Shown: positions 1 to 13,530 of the stretch, piece after piece
Layout of the letters: the number at the start of each line of letters is the position of its first letter
Position numbering within the stretch: the first letter of the stretch is position 1
Assembly: GCA_951406725.2 (NCBI GenBank)
Contig: OX597816.1
Location: 101,060,001-101,124,000, forward strand
Direction of reading: 5' to 3'
DNA from: Octopus vulgaris
Lineage: Eukaryota
Length of the DNA: 64,000 nt
Notes under the pieces: model-generated
Database searches by the model: none
What the model saw: only the letters and a program-made list of their open reading frames with translations
Told to the model about the DNA's origin: nothing
Position numbers and translations under genes: made by a program

Positions 1-80
1 AACTAGGCCCAATATGTCTTTTCTATTGCTCTTAAAACACCATGAACTTGGCATTTTTTCAGATAGACAGTAAAGGGATT

Positions 81-680
<600 letters not shown>

Positions 681-949
681 CAAGTAATTAGCAAAAACAT
701 TAAAGACACTGAGACAAAACAGAAGTTAAGATAGAGATAGGTAGGTAGATATATAAGATAAACATATAGCCTTGGTAGATCAATGAAGATTATAACGATG
801 ATGCAGATTAGGTTATTTTTTCTCCCGATTCCACTTCATATCCTTCCTGATAATAGTTATTTATACACACTTATGCACAGATTTGTTCGTTCATATAGTT
901 CAGCAATGTCTTTTAATAAAGAAGGTCGTCGTGTGTCAGTGAAGGTAGA

Positions 950-1152
950 AAGAGCAAGAATAAGGCCGGACAAAAAGCTTTACAGCATTTCGTCTATCTT
1001 TAAGCTCTGTGGTAATCATCTTAGCCTTTCACCCTCTTGAAATCGATAAAGTAAGCACCAGTTGAATATTGAGATCGATGTAATCGATTACTCCCCTTTC
1101 CCAAAATTTCAGGTGGTGTGCTTATAGTAGAGAAGGTTATATTATTATTATT
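950..1152 (+). mobile_element. Decayed tRNA-derived SINE, family B (ATT-tailed)
   Basis: Shares cctttca..tcgataaa..accagttg..gatgtaatcga..ccaaaatttcagg..gtgcttatagtaga and the (att)n tail with the copies at 34062 and 48071. Confidence 0.8.
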
Positions 1153-1154
1153 CT

Positions 1155-2500
1155 CCTCTGAAGATCACTACGAATTTGGCATCTTCCATTAGTATGGTTG
1201 CATTTGGCGGTGCCAATTAGTGTTGAAAGTACTTGGGAAAATCTCGATTGTTTCTGGGCATTCTGTGCCATGCTTCCTTCACACGCACACACATATTATC
1301 ATTTCAGCCACCTCATTAAACCCGGGGAAGTTGTTATGATTCCAATCACGTAGCAACTCTATTATTTTACCAAAAAGCAAACATTTGTTATTTGTTCTCA
1401 ACATTAGTCTTTTTCTTACATCTCTGGTGAAAAGTTCATTGCTTCCATCAGTACTTCGTGAATCTTCTCTCTGTTGTCTTTCCTAAGGTCAGTCCCACCC
1501 AAGTGAATCCGTTACACAGTCACAAGGTCAACATTGCCTTTCATTCTTTGGTAGTCGATAACAGAAAGTACTAGTCAACAACTAAACTCCTCTAGTCAAT
1601 TTTTCTAGTCTTGTATGCTGTTCGATGAATAAAAGTAACCTAACAGAGAAAAGTACTCAGTGTCATAAATATGCGATCAACTAAAATGCTTCTTAGCGAA
1701 GAAGGAGAAAGAACACATATATTTTCATCATAGAATGAACAAACAAGAGCTTTCCTTATGCCCTCAAAGCAGCAACTGGGGTTAGCCCTGGTAGAATTGT
1801 AGATAGGTGAAATGCGAATTGCAGAGGGAAGTAGCAAGCGCTTTATCATGGATATATGGCTAGGAGCATGTGAGAGAAACATCATATCTGAAATGACAAA
1901 TCCTTATGTGCTCCATATTAAGTGCAGAAAAAAGTCAGTGATCAGGTAGAAAGTATTTCGTCCCAGAAAAAAAAAAAAAGAAAAATGGCGAAGACAACAC
2001 TAATAACAGAAGGCTACAGAAATTACTACTCTCAAGCCACTACCGGTCGAAACTCCAGAGAAAACGGAATACTTGTTCTCAGCCCTCGAAGTCGATTTTC
2101 AGGATCTATTCCAGGCTATAACCAGAATTATCAGCCCATCATCATGCAACGTTGGGCAGGAGTATAATGAATAGAGAAGTTGAGCAGAACGTACATGGTA
2201 GGGTCCAGTTCCTATCACTGAAGTTTGCATTGCTTTAAATAGACGAAAAAGGTCAAGGAAAAGATGAAGAGTAAATATATGACTTGGGCTCTGTTTATGT
2301 GGAGCAGGCAAGATATAGCCTACTGGTGAAAATAACTTTATAAGTATATAAACTACTGTACTGTAATCATCAAGAGGATGAGGTCCTTTCTCCCCTATTG
2401 CTCACAGTTTTCCCAGACCAATGATCTGGATGCAGACTTCATGAGAATGGAAGGTGATCAGAGTCGTAGAGTTTCCTGATAAAACCGAAGTAGGATTTTC
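1155..2500 (-). pseudogene. Highly decayed Penelope-like retroelement (RT plus GIY-YIG endonuclease remnants)
   Basis: Minus-strand frame pieces in the expected order: LHDDGLII.W (YxDD region), FLSHAPSH..KR..AIRIS (thumb region), PCDC..T..ERRF.KY (GIY-YIG N-terminal part), WNHNN..F.E then VKEAWH..NNRD (GIY-YIG C-terminal part). Many frameshifts. Confidence 0.5.
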
Positions 2501-3099
2501 ACACCTATGTGTGGGTGGATTGTTCTTATTTGTTTTATGCTTTATGTGATGGGGGTGGTTAAAAATTTTGAGGACAAATCTTTTGAGAACAAACGAATTT
2601 TGAGGACAATTCGTTTGAGCCAAGTCGTAATCGGCTTCAAGATGAAGGTAAAAGTAGAGAACGCTGTTGTAGATGCGCGAGTGGCGAACTTAGCCTTGAT
2701 GTGTTAAAGTAATCTGTTTTTTTTTGCGCATGACGCCTATAATTGCCTTCTGTGTATGTTCCCATTTTATGTGTCGTTTTTATATTATTTTCTTAGGGTT
2801 TTTTCTTGTTATTATTGTTTATTGTCATTTCTTTATTATTGTTATTTCTGTTGTTATTACTGTTCAACTCAAGATCTACCCTAGTCTACGAAACCTTTAG
2901 TCAATGAGGTTCCAGCAGTGGTTACCCAATATATTTAGTAGTATCTAGGACTGCATTATCTGAGCTTCCTTTCCCTGTCTAATTTGTGAAATATTTGATT
3001 GTTACTTCTAGCATATCGAACAACCGTGTAGTGGTTCTTTTAACAATTATGTTGATGGTGGTAGCAGTTGTGCTGGTAAAGCTGGTAAAGCAAATGGAA

Positions 3100-3144
3100 C
3101 GATGATGATGATGATGAGGATGATGATGTAGGTGGTGGTGGTGG

Positions 3145-3200
<56 letters not shown>

Positions 3201-3521
3201 TTAATGGAGGTTGTGGTACTGCTGGAGATGATGATAGAGATTATGAAAGGAGGATAAAGAAGTCGAAGGGTTGAAGGGAGGGCGGAGAAAAATCTGAATC
3301 CCACCTTCCATTTTGTATATTGGAACCATTCCAATGTGGTATCAGCTCTGTGTTATTTAGCTGACGGTTATCACCAACAGACTAACCCCTGGGTGGGAAG
3401 GATGTTTAAGGGCAATGAATATAACCGTGAATGGAAAGTTAAGCCCAGGCAAAAAAGACAGGTGAAGGACAAGCGGAAGATAAATGTGATGCACACGACT
3501 GATAATAGGTATAGGCAGTAC

Positions 3522-3593
<72 letters not shown>

Positions 3594-3671
3594 TAGTAGT
3601 AGTAGTTGCAGCAGCAGCAGCAGTGGTGTTGGTCGTGGTGGTGGTGACAGCAGCAGCAGCAGCAACAACAT

Positions 3672-3707
<36 letters not shown>

Positions 3708-3710
3708 TAG
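3100..3710. repeat. Trinucleotide microsatellites (GAT)n, (TAG)n, (CAG)n
   Basis: Directly visible. Confidence 0.95.
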
Positions 3711-3905
3711 AATAAAGGAGACTGTTGACATACAACAAAACGTCATTTTGACAAATGCCCCAACGCCATATGTGTGTATGTGCGTGTGTACGTGTGCCTG
3801 TGTTTGTGCGTGTAAGCATGCATGCATGTATGTATACACACACATACATATACATGGATAAATAGATAGATAGACAGATATGTACATACGTATACACACA
3901 CATAC

Positions 3906-3961
<56 letters not shown>

Positions 3962-4333
3962 GGGTGTGTCTGTATGTGTATATATGTTTATATGTATATA
4001 TAAATATATATATACTATTTATAGGTATGAAGATATGTATATAGATATAAATATTTATGTGTATATATGTATATATATGCATAAGTATATATACATATAT
4101 ACATACATACATACATACATACATACATACATACATACATACATACATACAAACATACATACATACATACATGCATATATACATGTATGAATATGTGAAT
4201 GAATGTTAAGTACAAATATAGCAAGGCACTATGTGAATTGTAGCATTGAAGTATCCAACGTTTGTGTCATGACTCAGAGGTATTATTTCTATTTCTTGCT
4301 AATATCTCTTACCATCCACACACACGACGTATT

Positions 4334-4393
<60 letters not shown>

Positions 4394-4407
4394 ACACACA
4401 CAATATG

Positions 4408-4550
4408 TTTTATCGACAGAAAGTTACAAAAGTTAATCAAGGTCGAGAGTTTCGTAGGTCGAAAGTTTCGTGTACAACACCCAGTAAACTGGAAAGTGCT
4501 TTGCACGAAACTCCCGGTCTTTGAGTAACTTCTGTAACTGTCTTTATTAA
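4408..4550. repeat. Degenerate foldback palindrome
   Basis: gaaagttacaaaagttaatcaaggtcgagagtttcgt is an imperfect reverse complement of acgaaactcccggtctttgagtaacttctgtaactgtc; central ccagt-aa-actgg hairpin. Confidence 0.75.
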
Positions 4551-4786
4551 ATATAGTAAAAGATTTCATACATTTATGTATTGAGTTGTTTCTATCGTGT
4601 TTTTTTCTTCCCGACACATGCGCGCGCACACACTTACAAGCAAACATATGTATCTATATATGTGTGTATGTGTGTGTATGTAACGTTTGTACATATATGT
4701 ATTAATAGAGCTGCAAAGACACCACAAAAGGTGTTATTCAGAGTTTCATGTTCCCGTTGGTCGGATAGTTTTGATTCTCAAAATCA

Positions 4787-4816
4787 AAATAGTACTCGAG
4801 TATTCGAGTACTATTT
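4787..4816. repeat. Perfect 13-bp hairpin
   Basis: aaatagtactcga-gtat-tcgagtactattt. Confidence 0.9.
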
Positions 4817-4974
4817 CTTTCACCTTGTTTCATATTTATGTACTTACTCTGGTGTGTATGTATGTATGTATGTATGTATGTATGTATGTATGTATGTATG
4901 TATGTATGTATGTATGTATGTATGTATGTATGTATGCATGTATGTATGTCCGTGTGTATGTATGTATGTATGCA

Positions 4975-5015
<41 letters not shown>

Positions 5016-5401
5016 CTGTTATTATGAAAAAGTGTCGCAAGTCCAAAACGTTGCTTTTTCAGAAAACGAAAAAATAGTTTCACCATTCCATTTCATTTTA
5101 CAATAGCAACAGTTTCAGCTTAACAATATTTTGTTGGGTGCATAAAATGCATGTCTGATATCTTCAGTCCGAAATATTTTTGCAAAGCTGTCGAATATAG
5201 TGTTTACTACACTTTTGAAAAATGTTAAAACGTTGTAACTGCACCTTGGCAATTATCACCAGAAGCAGCTGGGGATTCGATAGTTTGACCAATAGAACTG
5301 GCTATTGCATGCAAAATTATATATTTAAAAATGCGCATTTGGCCAAATTTGGACATACGACAGTTTAACACGATAGCAACGATATATATATATATATATA
5401 T

Positions 5402-5496
<95 letters not shown>

Positions 5497-5865
5497 TAAA
5501 GTTCACAGATGAGATCCAGAGATTCTCAGTATAGAAGACGGTAGCACTCAAGAGATTGAAAGTTAAGCTCCGATATCTTTACAGGATATCAATCCACAAG
5601 GTAAACAAAGGCTGCAAGAGGGATCCAGTTGACCGGCTATATAGGCAATTATGCGGATAAACAAATTAGACACATCAAATATATTAAGCATATTAAAAAC
5701 GCCAATTTCAAATATTTATAGATGTATACATGCAAAACGAGAGAAAGCAAAAGGCGGAGACTTTCAGATGATGAATTTTCATGTATAAATTTATATTAAT
5801 AGGTCCAACTTACACAGAGTACAAGCGATAGAGAAAATGAGAAGAGTGGGAGAAAGGTGTAAAAG

Positions 5866-5990
5866 TCCAACAGCTGTTTCTAGGAGTTCGGCGATCCATT
5901 ATAATGGTGGTAGTTTAGCTCATCACAATATGGCAGCTGTAAGGATGCAGTTAACATTGGATGAGATGAGCCTCCGTCATCAGGGTTGAG
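5866..5990 (-). ncRNA. Degenerate type I hammerhead-like motif with long stem II
   Basis: Minus strand cc-CUGAUGA-cggag...cuccua-GAAAC-agcu-GUU-gg; palindromic loop III; stem I only 2 bp. Confidence 0.4.
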
Positions 5991-6239
5991 AGGATCTTAC
6001 ATTTCGGATCTTAATGCAGGAACTTTTCTGCATTGGGACTGAATGAGTATATTTATTTATTGAAGTGTTCTTTTTTTTACTTTATTCTTAGACATATTCT
6101 GATGTGGAAGAAAGTGAACTAACCTTGCAAGTACCATTATTTTTATACACATGGACATATACACACAGACGCACACACGCTCTCTTTCTTACATGTACAC
6201 ACACAAACATACACACACACACACACACCTGCACGCACG

Positions 6240-6278
<39 letters not shown>

Positions 6279-6899
6279 GTAGACACACATCATACACCCT
6301 TTGGTTTCTGTTTAGTATGCCTATTTATCAACTACTTGTTCGTGTATTCATTGCGAGGCGCAACACGTGGCGAACAAGGAAGAACGCTGTGACTGATTCA
6401 GTTGGCTGCCTTCTTATTAGGACTATTTTATTTCATTATTTGTTGCCTTTCTGTTGCCTTTTAATGCCTTTGTTCCATCTTCCTACTACAATTCCCACAC
6501 TACCTCAATCATTTTGCATCCTCTCCCTTGTATATCCTCCATTTTTTACTTTGGTGGCATTGCTAACAAAGATCGTAGTTTTTCTTAACGTTGAGAGTTA
6601 ACGTTTTTTTTTCATAGTTTTTTCTTATATTTTTATGTCTCTGTGATTCACTAACGATTGCCGCTTGGTTTTCTGTTTCTCTTTGTAACCAAAAGGCAGT
6701 TTTAAATTTATTTAGAATTTTTGAGTACGTCATCACATACCCAATACACACTCGAACACACGGAGAAGAAAGAAAGAAGATAGACTGACAGACAATATTT
6801 AATTATCTACATGAAAGAGAGATGATGAGGAGGGAAAAGAAATGTTCAGTTATTTACTCCTCATAAGTGGAGATTGAGTGAATGAAATTTATTTAATGA

Positions 6900-7200
6900 A
6901 TGAATTCAACTACAGCTCAATAGTTCTATCTAGATGATAATCTTTTCGACTTCCCTCCAATTGAACGCAATGACATTGATTTTAAAAGATATCTACAAGT
7001 TTACAGTACAACTATTTCTATTTGTTCCACATGCACTAAAAACATTTTGAATAACCAGCACTCTAACTTCTCATCTACCAACTCTCTACTGCCTCTCAGA
7101 ACATGTCTGCGTATAAATCAGTGAAGCAGAAGACCTTACCTATGAAATCTTACCAACAACCGGAAATCACCTTTGAAAGACCTTAAACGTCATAATGACG
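6900..7200 (+). pseudogene. Possible very old Penelope-like RT remnant
   Basis: YLDDNLF followed by KFTVQ, resembling the YxDD and KFT.E motifs; otherwise badly decayed. Confidence 0.3.
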
Positions 7201-9427
7201 TCATTAGATAAAACGAAGGGAGATTTAGCAAGCATTTGAGGACGTTTACATTAAGATAATCTCTAGTAGACTATCGGGTAACGAGGGACTTGCTTTCGGG
7301 AGAGTTTTATACGTAAATTAGAGGCAAATAGAAAGAAACAACTGATGGTGTTATACAGTTGAACGTAATATCTTACGGCAAGGTATTCTGTATGACTTTT
7401 CTCCATTAAATCAACATCATGGCTTGGAATTTGTTTCGTACTTAAATGTTTTGGTGGTGAAATATTCAGAATGGAAGTCACTTACTAATGTTGGTGGTAG
7501 TGTATCCATGATGATGATGGTGTGTTCAAATTACTGTTGGTGTGTTCATATTGATAAGGTTTTTATATTGGTCAGAGGGTATTAATGAGGTTGGTAACGT
7601 ATTCATGTTGCTAATGATAGTTAGTGATGTATTCATAATGATGTTAGTGACGCATTCATAATGATGCAAGTGATGTATCATAATGATAGTAGTGATTCAA
7701 TCATATTTGTTGTACTGCGCTCTTCATAATGACGGTGCTGTGTTGATGATGGTACTAAGTTATTGTTGATGCTATTTATCCTCAATTAACCCTTAACCCT
7801 AACCCCAATTCTGATCTAACAAGTCTATTAGCAAGGGGTATGCACTCGTGAACATTCTGTCATACTAAGAGTATGCAGGCTAGCATTGCGAGACGTATTC
7901 TTTCCTCATTTGAAACGATAAGATGTGATTTGAGGGTTGTGTGACTGTTATTTCTAGCAAATAGAACGATTATATACATGGTCCTTAATCAAGTTCATGG
8001 TGCTGGTGGCGGTGGAGGTTACAGTGTGGTGGTGATAACAGCGACAGTATGATGGTGGTGGTGATAGTGATAGATTGTTAGCACTAATGTCGAATATGTT
8101 GATTGCATGGATGTTAATGATAGTATATTGATGGTACATTTGCTATATTGTAATTATTGCTTTTGTCTTTATGACAGATTCTGTGTGTTTATGGAGTCTC
8201 GGGGATATACTGTAAATAGAGTGCTCATAAAGATTGTGCAGTAAAATATTTTGCTAAAGTCAATAGCTAAACTAATTTACTGCTGAATAGTTTCGTCGGT
8301 CGATAACATAACACCAACGACCGTCTGTATGCAAGCTTATACTTTCCAGCAATGGCTATAAAGTTATTTAGAGGTCTATTTAGGATTATATCATATAATG
8401 TGCATCTGTTTTCTTTAAGACTGTGGAATGTTGTAGGTGATTTCAGGAAGATTTAACTGCTATTTCTAGTAGATCGAACATCTACGTAGATAGTTTCTTG
8501 TTAGTTGGTGAGACTTGTCTCTTGCAGTCTCGTGTTACTCTTTTATTGCCTCGTGATGCTCTATCAGAACTCGTGGATTTGTCGCAGTTGTTTTTAAGAA
8601 CCAAGAGGTATATTCTTGTATTTGTAAACAATCTAGCACGGACGTACACACACGTTCCGCTATCTAGACACATAAATACATATGACATTATGTACAATCG
8701 TGCATATATAATATATAAGTGAGGATATGTCGATATGGTTATGGAAATCCCTTCGCCATCGTGTATTGCATGGTGCCATCGTACTGCGAATCGACCAAAG
8801 TTTTGTCAGTGAAATCCTATTAACTCACAGTTCTTTATAACTTGTGAACGTTTCATACGAAAAATCAGATGAAGGCAATGCATGCATAAACAAACACATA
8901 CATATGTTGCAAATGAAAATACACGAACAAAACGCAGAGTATTCAATAAGATTGTAGAGTAAGATGTGTGTGTGTGTGTGTGTGTGTATGTGGTGGTATA
9001 GTCAATCTATGAACTAATGCATTGTTACTAATGATTTCATGATAATGTTTATAAAAATTCCTGACCAAGCATCGGATGATATAGCACTGACGATTTTCCA
9101 CGAAGTTACACTCGATCATAAATAGAATTCGAGCTAGGATGCCTTCGTGGAAGATCAATGGTTTTAAATAGTCTATGAATGAGTATATTTTAACTCTATT
9201 ATTGACCAATTAATAACAATTCATACATTCCTTACACTAACACATACACGCACAACAAACCCATATTAAAAACACTGTCAATGTAACATAATGTATGTGT
9301 GAACTTGAAGTACCAAAAGCTGAGGCTTTCATCCGGGAAAAATTATTTCATAAACGTACTGTGATAAAAATTCATAATATAATTTAAAGTTAAGCGCAGT
9401 GAAATAGCCCCAGAAGCGACCACGATG

Positions 9428-9472
9428 GTGATAGATATGTATTTCACCGTTTTTGCGGTTTGTCAGTTTCAC
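9428..9472 (-). ncRNA. Decayed minimal type I hammerhead ribozyme
   Basis: gugaaa-CUGACAA-accg-caaaaa-cggu-GAAA-uacaua-UC-uaucac: perfect stem II, 5/6-bp stem I, one core change (G8A). Confidence 0.65.
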
Positions 9473-9764
9473 TCACTGAAACAAAATCGAATCAACTAGT
9501 CTGAAGTATAAACTGATAGTGTATAAATTTTATGCTTGTATGAAAAGATAGAGTTTTTACTATAGAACTGTTTTCATTACATAATTCGAAATCATTCATG
9601 CACACACATTCAGACTATTTTCTGTGAATCAATATGCAACACAGTCAAACTAATTTAACACAACGTTGTATATTATGTGTTTTCTATTACAATTTGATAA
9701 TCAGTTTTTACTCTCTCTCTCTGTCTGCATACGTGTTTTGTGTGTATGTGTGTGGGGGGGTGTA

Positions 9765-9796
<32 letters not shown>

Positions 9797-10965
9797 CCTG
9801 TGTGTATAAGCAATATGTGCGATGATGCGGTTCTCTGTGCACAATGCTGGGAAGAAAAGATAGCCACCGGCAGAATATCTTTGCTCATAAATCAACTCCA
9901 TTAAAGATGACTTGCGAAACAACAACTGAAAATGATCACAAACTAACTGGGGAGGCTCTACGCAGTGGGTGGAACTGTCACATCTCATTTAAATCACATA
10001 TAGTACCGTGTTTTGTAAAAAGGAGGTAACTCATTGGACATCGTAGACTCTGATATAAAAAAAGACAGGATAATCACGACTGGAACACATTTTCTCAAAA
10101 TAAATTTGAGCTTAAACGACAGGACATTGTATTGTGTGTACATAATATATAATATATCATACACATGTATTCTTTCTCGTATGCTTTCACTCACTCTCTT
10201 TCCCTATCTATCTAGTTATCTATCTCTACCCTCTCTCTCTCACTCTCCCCCCTCTCTCTCTCTGTATATATATATATATATATATATATCTCTTATTATA
10301 AAAGGCAGATTTTATCTGCCTCCCTTTGGGAGTTATACAAATCTACAATATAGCATTTCTTCAATTACAATTTACCTGGCATTTTTAAGAGTACAATGCA
10401 TCGCGTCATGCCAGGTCCAGTTTTTAAAATTTAAACTCCAATTAAGCAAAATTTACAGAAAACTCACATTCTGGTGTGTGTGTCAAATGCTTTTCTTAGT
10501 CTGGTTTACACCACACGCAAACGCACACACACAGTGGGCAACGAATAAAATGAAACTAATTCACTTACTGTAGTGAGTGATTCTTTCACTCAGCCTCCCA
10601 CTTCTTCTTTCCACACATACACACGCAAATATATAAATAAAATTGTAAGCTAACGTGCGTGTGTGTGAGTGTGTGTGTGTGTGTGTGCGCGTGTGTGTGT
10701 GTGTGTGTGCGTGTGCGTGAGTGTGTGACAGGAAAGTTTTTTTAGACGAATATAACACCTATATCCAAGTAGCAGAAAGATAAGACAGTAAGGTGTGATT
10801 TGAGGGAGATTTGGCTGCTATTTCTACCATGTCTAGCTGCCATGTAGGGGTCTCCCTCATAGGCTCATACATACATATATACATAGATAAGACAGTAAGG
10901 TGTGATTTGGGGGAAATTTTGCTGCTATTTCTACCAGGTCTAGCTACCATGTAGAGGTCCCCCAT

Positions 10966-11230
10966 AATTCTTTTATTCTTCTGCTTTTTCCAGCCATTGC
11001 TCTGTGGCCATGCTGGGGCAATGCCTTGAAAAATTGTAGTTTAATGAATCAACTCCAGTTTTATTTTTGTAAGCATTGTACTTATTCTATCTGTTTCCTT
11101 TGTCAAACCACTAGGTGACAGGGATGTAAACAAACCAACATTCGTTGTCAAGCAGTGGTGGAGGACAATCACAAGCACAGACACGCACACACACATACAT
11201 GCATACACATATACACACATACATACATAC
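10966..11230 (-). mobile_element. Partial SINE family A captured inside the Helitron (also 13158-13430)
   Basis: ggccatgctggggca..tacttattctatc..gggatgtaaacaaaccaaca..gtcaagc matches the reverse 3' half of family A. Confidence 0.8.
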
Positions 11231-11263
11231 ATACATATATATATATATGTGCGTATATATATA

Positions 11264-11522
11264 TTGCAGCGTGGAAGGTGTTTGTAAGCCATTTAAGAAA
11301 CACACAAAAACCGTTACATTCACTTCAACATTTAAATTTAATTTGCCAAAATATTTTCGTCGCTTTGAGACCGCGACCTGTTCACTGACAAAAATATCGT
11401 GCTAACAGGTCGCGGTCTCAAAGCGACGAAAATATTTTGACAAATTTAATTTAAATGTTGAAGTGAATCTAACGGTTTTTGTGTGTTTCTTAAATGGCTT
11501 ATAAACACCTTCAACGCTGCAA
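11264..11522. repeat. 259-bp palindrome, 119-bp arms and 21-nt spacer (second copy 13453-13711)
   Basis: ttgcagcg...gacctgtt / aacaggtc...cgctgcaa with only a few arm mismatches. Confidence 0.97.
11342..11392 (-). ncRNA. Candidate minimal type I hammerhead, G3-C8 core variant
   Basis: uuuguca-GUGAACA-g-gucgc-ggucucaaa-gcgac-GAAA-auau-UU-uggcaaa: 7-bp stem I, 5-bp stem II, palindromic stem III. Confidence 0.6.
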
Positions 11523-11686
11523 CTGTTTTCGTTCCAGCACACGATCTCAGATCAAGTCAATGGCTATGCAAGTACGTCTCTGTAACTATATATATATATT
11601 TATATATATATATATATGTATATTGGTAAAAACAGTAAGATAACAAAAGAAAGAAAGAGACCTCAATATTATGTAAATAGAGGAAA

Positions 11687-12080
11687 TCTTTATATATAAA
11701 AGTGAGGTTGTGTGTCTGTCTCCTACGATTTAGATTCCTAACTACTCCCACATTTTGCGGTGCAGTTTAACCAAAACCGGGTATCTTATAGTCGTGATTC
11801 ATATCGAGACCGTCTGGGTATTAGCGCGCGTCTACGATGAGTCTACGATTTAAAAAAAATTTACCATCAATTTTTCCCATTTTTAATCCATTTTTGACAT
11901 ATATAAGGGAAGTAACTCTCTAAAATTTATTATTAAATCTCAGAACGTAAAAAGCTACAGTAACACCCCTCCCCCTTTGTGGTTAGCCATATTGAGATGG
12001 CTATTATACTTTACATCTCTAAAAATGCTTATATAATTATTTCCCTTACAAACCCGAGCAACGCCGGGCGATACTGCTAG
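11687..12080 (+). mobile_element. Inner 394-bp Helitron supplying the 3' terminus (second copy 13874-14267)
   Basis: Own 5' end TCTTTATATATAAAA inserted after ggaaa; subterminal hairpin 12053-12068; CTAG end. Confidence 0.8.
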
Positions 12081-12610
12081 TATATATATATATCTCTTAT
12101 TATAAAAGGCAGATTTTATCTGCCTCCCTTTGGGAGTTATACAAATCTACAATATAGGATTTCTTCAATTACAATTTACCTTGCATTTTTAAGAGTACAA
12201 TGCATCGCGTCATGCCAGGTCCAGTTTTTAAAATTTAAACTCCAGTTAAGCAAAATTTACAGAAAACTCACATTCTGGTGTGTGTGTCAAATGCTTTTCT
12301 TAGTCTGGTTTACAGCACACGCAAACGCACACACACAGTGGGCAACGAATAAAATGAAACTAATTCACTTACTGTAGTGAGTGATTCTTTCACTCTGCCT
12401 CCCACTTCCTCTTTCCACACAGACACGCAAATATATAAATAAAATTGTAAGCTAACGTGCGTGTGTGTGAGTGGGTGTGTGTGGGTGTGTGCGTGTGTGT
12501 GTGTGTGTGAGGGTGCGTGTGTGTGTGTCTGTGTGTGTGTGCGTGTGCGTGAGTGTGTGACAGGAAAGTTTTTTTACGACGAATATAACACCTATATCCA
12601 AGTAGCAGAA

Positions 12611-13090
12611 AGATAAGACAGTAAAGTGTGATTTGAGGGAGATTTGGCTGCTATTTCTACCATGTCTAGCTGCCATGTAGGGGTCTCCCTCATAGGCTCA
12701 TACATACATATATACATAGATAAGACAGTAAGGTGTGATTTGGGGGAAATTTGGCTGCTATTTCTACCAGGTCTAGCTGCCATGTAGGGGTCTCCCTCAT
12801 AGGCTCATACATACATATATACATAGATAAGACAGTAAGGTGTGATTTGGGGGAAATTTGGCTGCTATTTCTACCAGGTCTAGCTGCCATGTAGGGGTCT
12901 CCCTCATAGGCTCATACATACATATATACATAGATAAGACAGTAAGGTGTGATTTGGGGGAAATTTGGCTGCTATTTCTACCAGGTCTAGCTACCATGTA
13001 GAGGTCCCCCTCATTGGCTCATATATATATACATACATAAGACAGTAAGGTGTGATTTGAGGGAGATTTGGCTGCTGTTTCTACCAGGTC
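12611..13090 (+). repeat. 107-bp minisatellite array, about 4.5 units (about 1.75 units at 10778-10965 in copy 1)
   Basis: agataagacagtaa.gtgtgatttg recurs at 12611, 12718, 12825, 12932 and about 13036. Confidence 0.95.
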
Positions 13091-13530
13091 TGTTAGGCCT
13101 TCTCATGTAAACTTAAGCTTTCTCATGCCTTCAACATATGACCAAAGCAGAGAATGTATTCTTTTATTCTTCTGCTTTTTCCAGCCATTGCTCTGTGGCC
13201 ATGCTGGGGCAATGCCTTGAAGAATTGTAGTTTAATGAATCAACTCCAGTTTTATTTTTGTAAGCATTGTACTTATTCTATCTGTTTCCTTTGTCAAACC
13301 ACTAGGTGACAGGGATGTAAACAAACCAACATTCGTTGTCAAGCAGTGGAGGAGGACAATCACAAGCACAGACATGCACACACACACACATACATGCATA
13401 CACATATACACACATACATACATACATATATATATATGTGTGTATATATATATTGCAGCGTGGAAGGTGTTTGTAAGCCATTTAAGAAACACACAAAAAC
13501 CGTTACATTCACTTCAACATTTAAATTTAA

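Larger units (their letters stand above)
10289..12080 (+). mobile_element. Composite non-autonomous Helitron, copy 1
   Basis: Starts TCTCTTATTATAAAA after (TA)n; ends cccg-agcaacgc-cggg hairpin plus CTAG followed by T, i.e. Helitron TC...CTRR termini at an A|T site. Confidence 0.75.

Noticed and set aside
1153-1215. Minus-strand peptide AKCNHTNGRCQ resembling an EGF-like exon
   Set aside because: No further cysteines or splice context; it falls at the end of the Penelope-like remnant.
4730-4770. Minus-strand CCGACCA-acgggaacau-GAAAC-ucuga-AUA hammerhead-like layout
   Set aside because: Two core changes plus broken stems I-III; counted only as a weak relic.
7786-7808. Telomere-like taaccc repeats
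   Set aside because: Only about three imperfect units; too short to call an interstitial telomere.
12611-13090. Regular repeat array considered as CRISPR-like
   Set aside because: Units are contiguous and near-identical with no unique spacers; eukaryotic context.
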